Part shown: positions 63,811 to 64,000 of the stretch, piece by piece
Layout of the letters: each line of letters starts with the position of its first letter
Position numbering within the stretch: the stretch's first letter is position 1
Origin: Vicugna vicugna
Taxonomy: Eukaryota
Direction of reading: 5' to 3'
DNA: 64,000 nt
NCBI GenBank assembly: GCA_013265495.1
Contig: MU058636.1
Coordinates: forward strand, 8,825,425-8,889,424
Position numbers and translations under genes: made by a program
Notes under the pieces: model-generated
Database searches by the model: none
What the model was told of the DNA's origin: nothing
Seen by the model: only the letters and a program-made list of their open reading frames with translations

Positions 63811-64000
63811 CTTCTGGTCTCTGATACATGTAACACCTCATAACAAGTAAGTCAGAAGCCGGGGACTGGAACTCAGGCTGTCTTGCTTCTTATCTCACGG
63901 TCAATCTGCAGTGTGTTGTCATATCAGTAACAGCAAAAGGGGATGAGACATAGCCTTGCTTTTCATCATGTAGAGCTGCAATGGTGTCTACCACTAGACT

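Overview
Mammalian, AT-rich, repeat-dense genomic DNA. The style of the youngest L1 3' end and the lack of recognisable Alu, Bov-tA, PRE-1 or B1 SINEs suggest a cetartiodactyl, probably a camelid (inference from recalled repeat consensus, not a search). The only supportable protein-coding gene is UFM1 (ubiquitin-fold modifier 1) on the + strand. It has six coding exons (34099-34100, 34175-34231, 36912-36969, 39892-39931, 41120-41152, 42517-42584; 258 nt, 85 aa, all introns GT-AG), a CpG-island promoter and a start codon split across intron 1 (AT|G). The rest is old L1, L2, MIR, MaLR and hAT debris, one younger 5'-truncated L1, a CpG-rich solo LTR, microsatellites, and a near-perfect 2,442-bp head-to-tail duplication just downstream of UFM1 (46086-48527 / 48528-50969). 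That duplication is either a very recent CNV or an assembly artefact. The supplied ORF track misses UFM1; its ORFs are repeat-derived or spurious. I found no evidence for a new multi-gene system. The best leads are the duplication, a cryptic exon-4-like segment in intron 3, and the ATG-TAA start-stop produced by intron-1 retention. Repeat boundaries and subfamily names are by eye and approximate.
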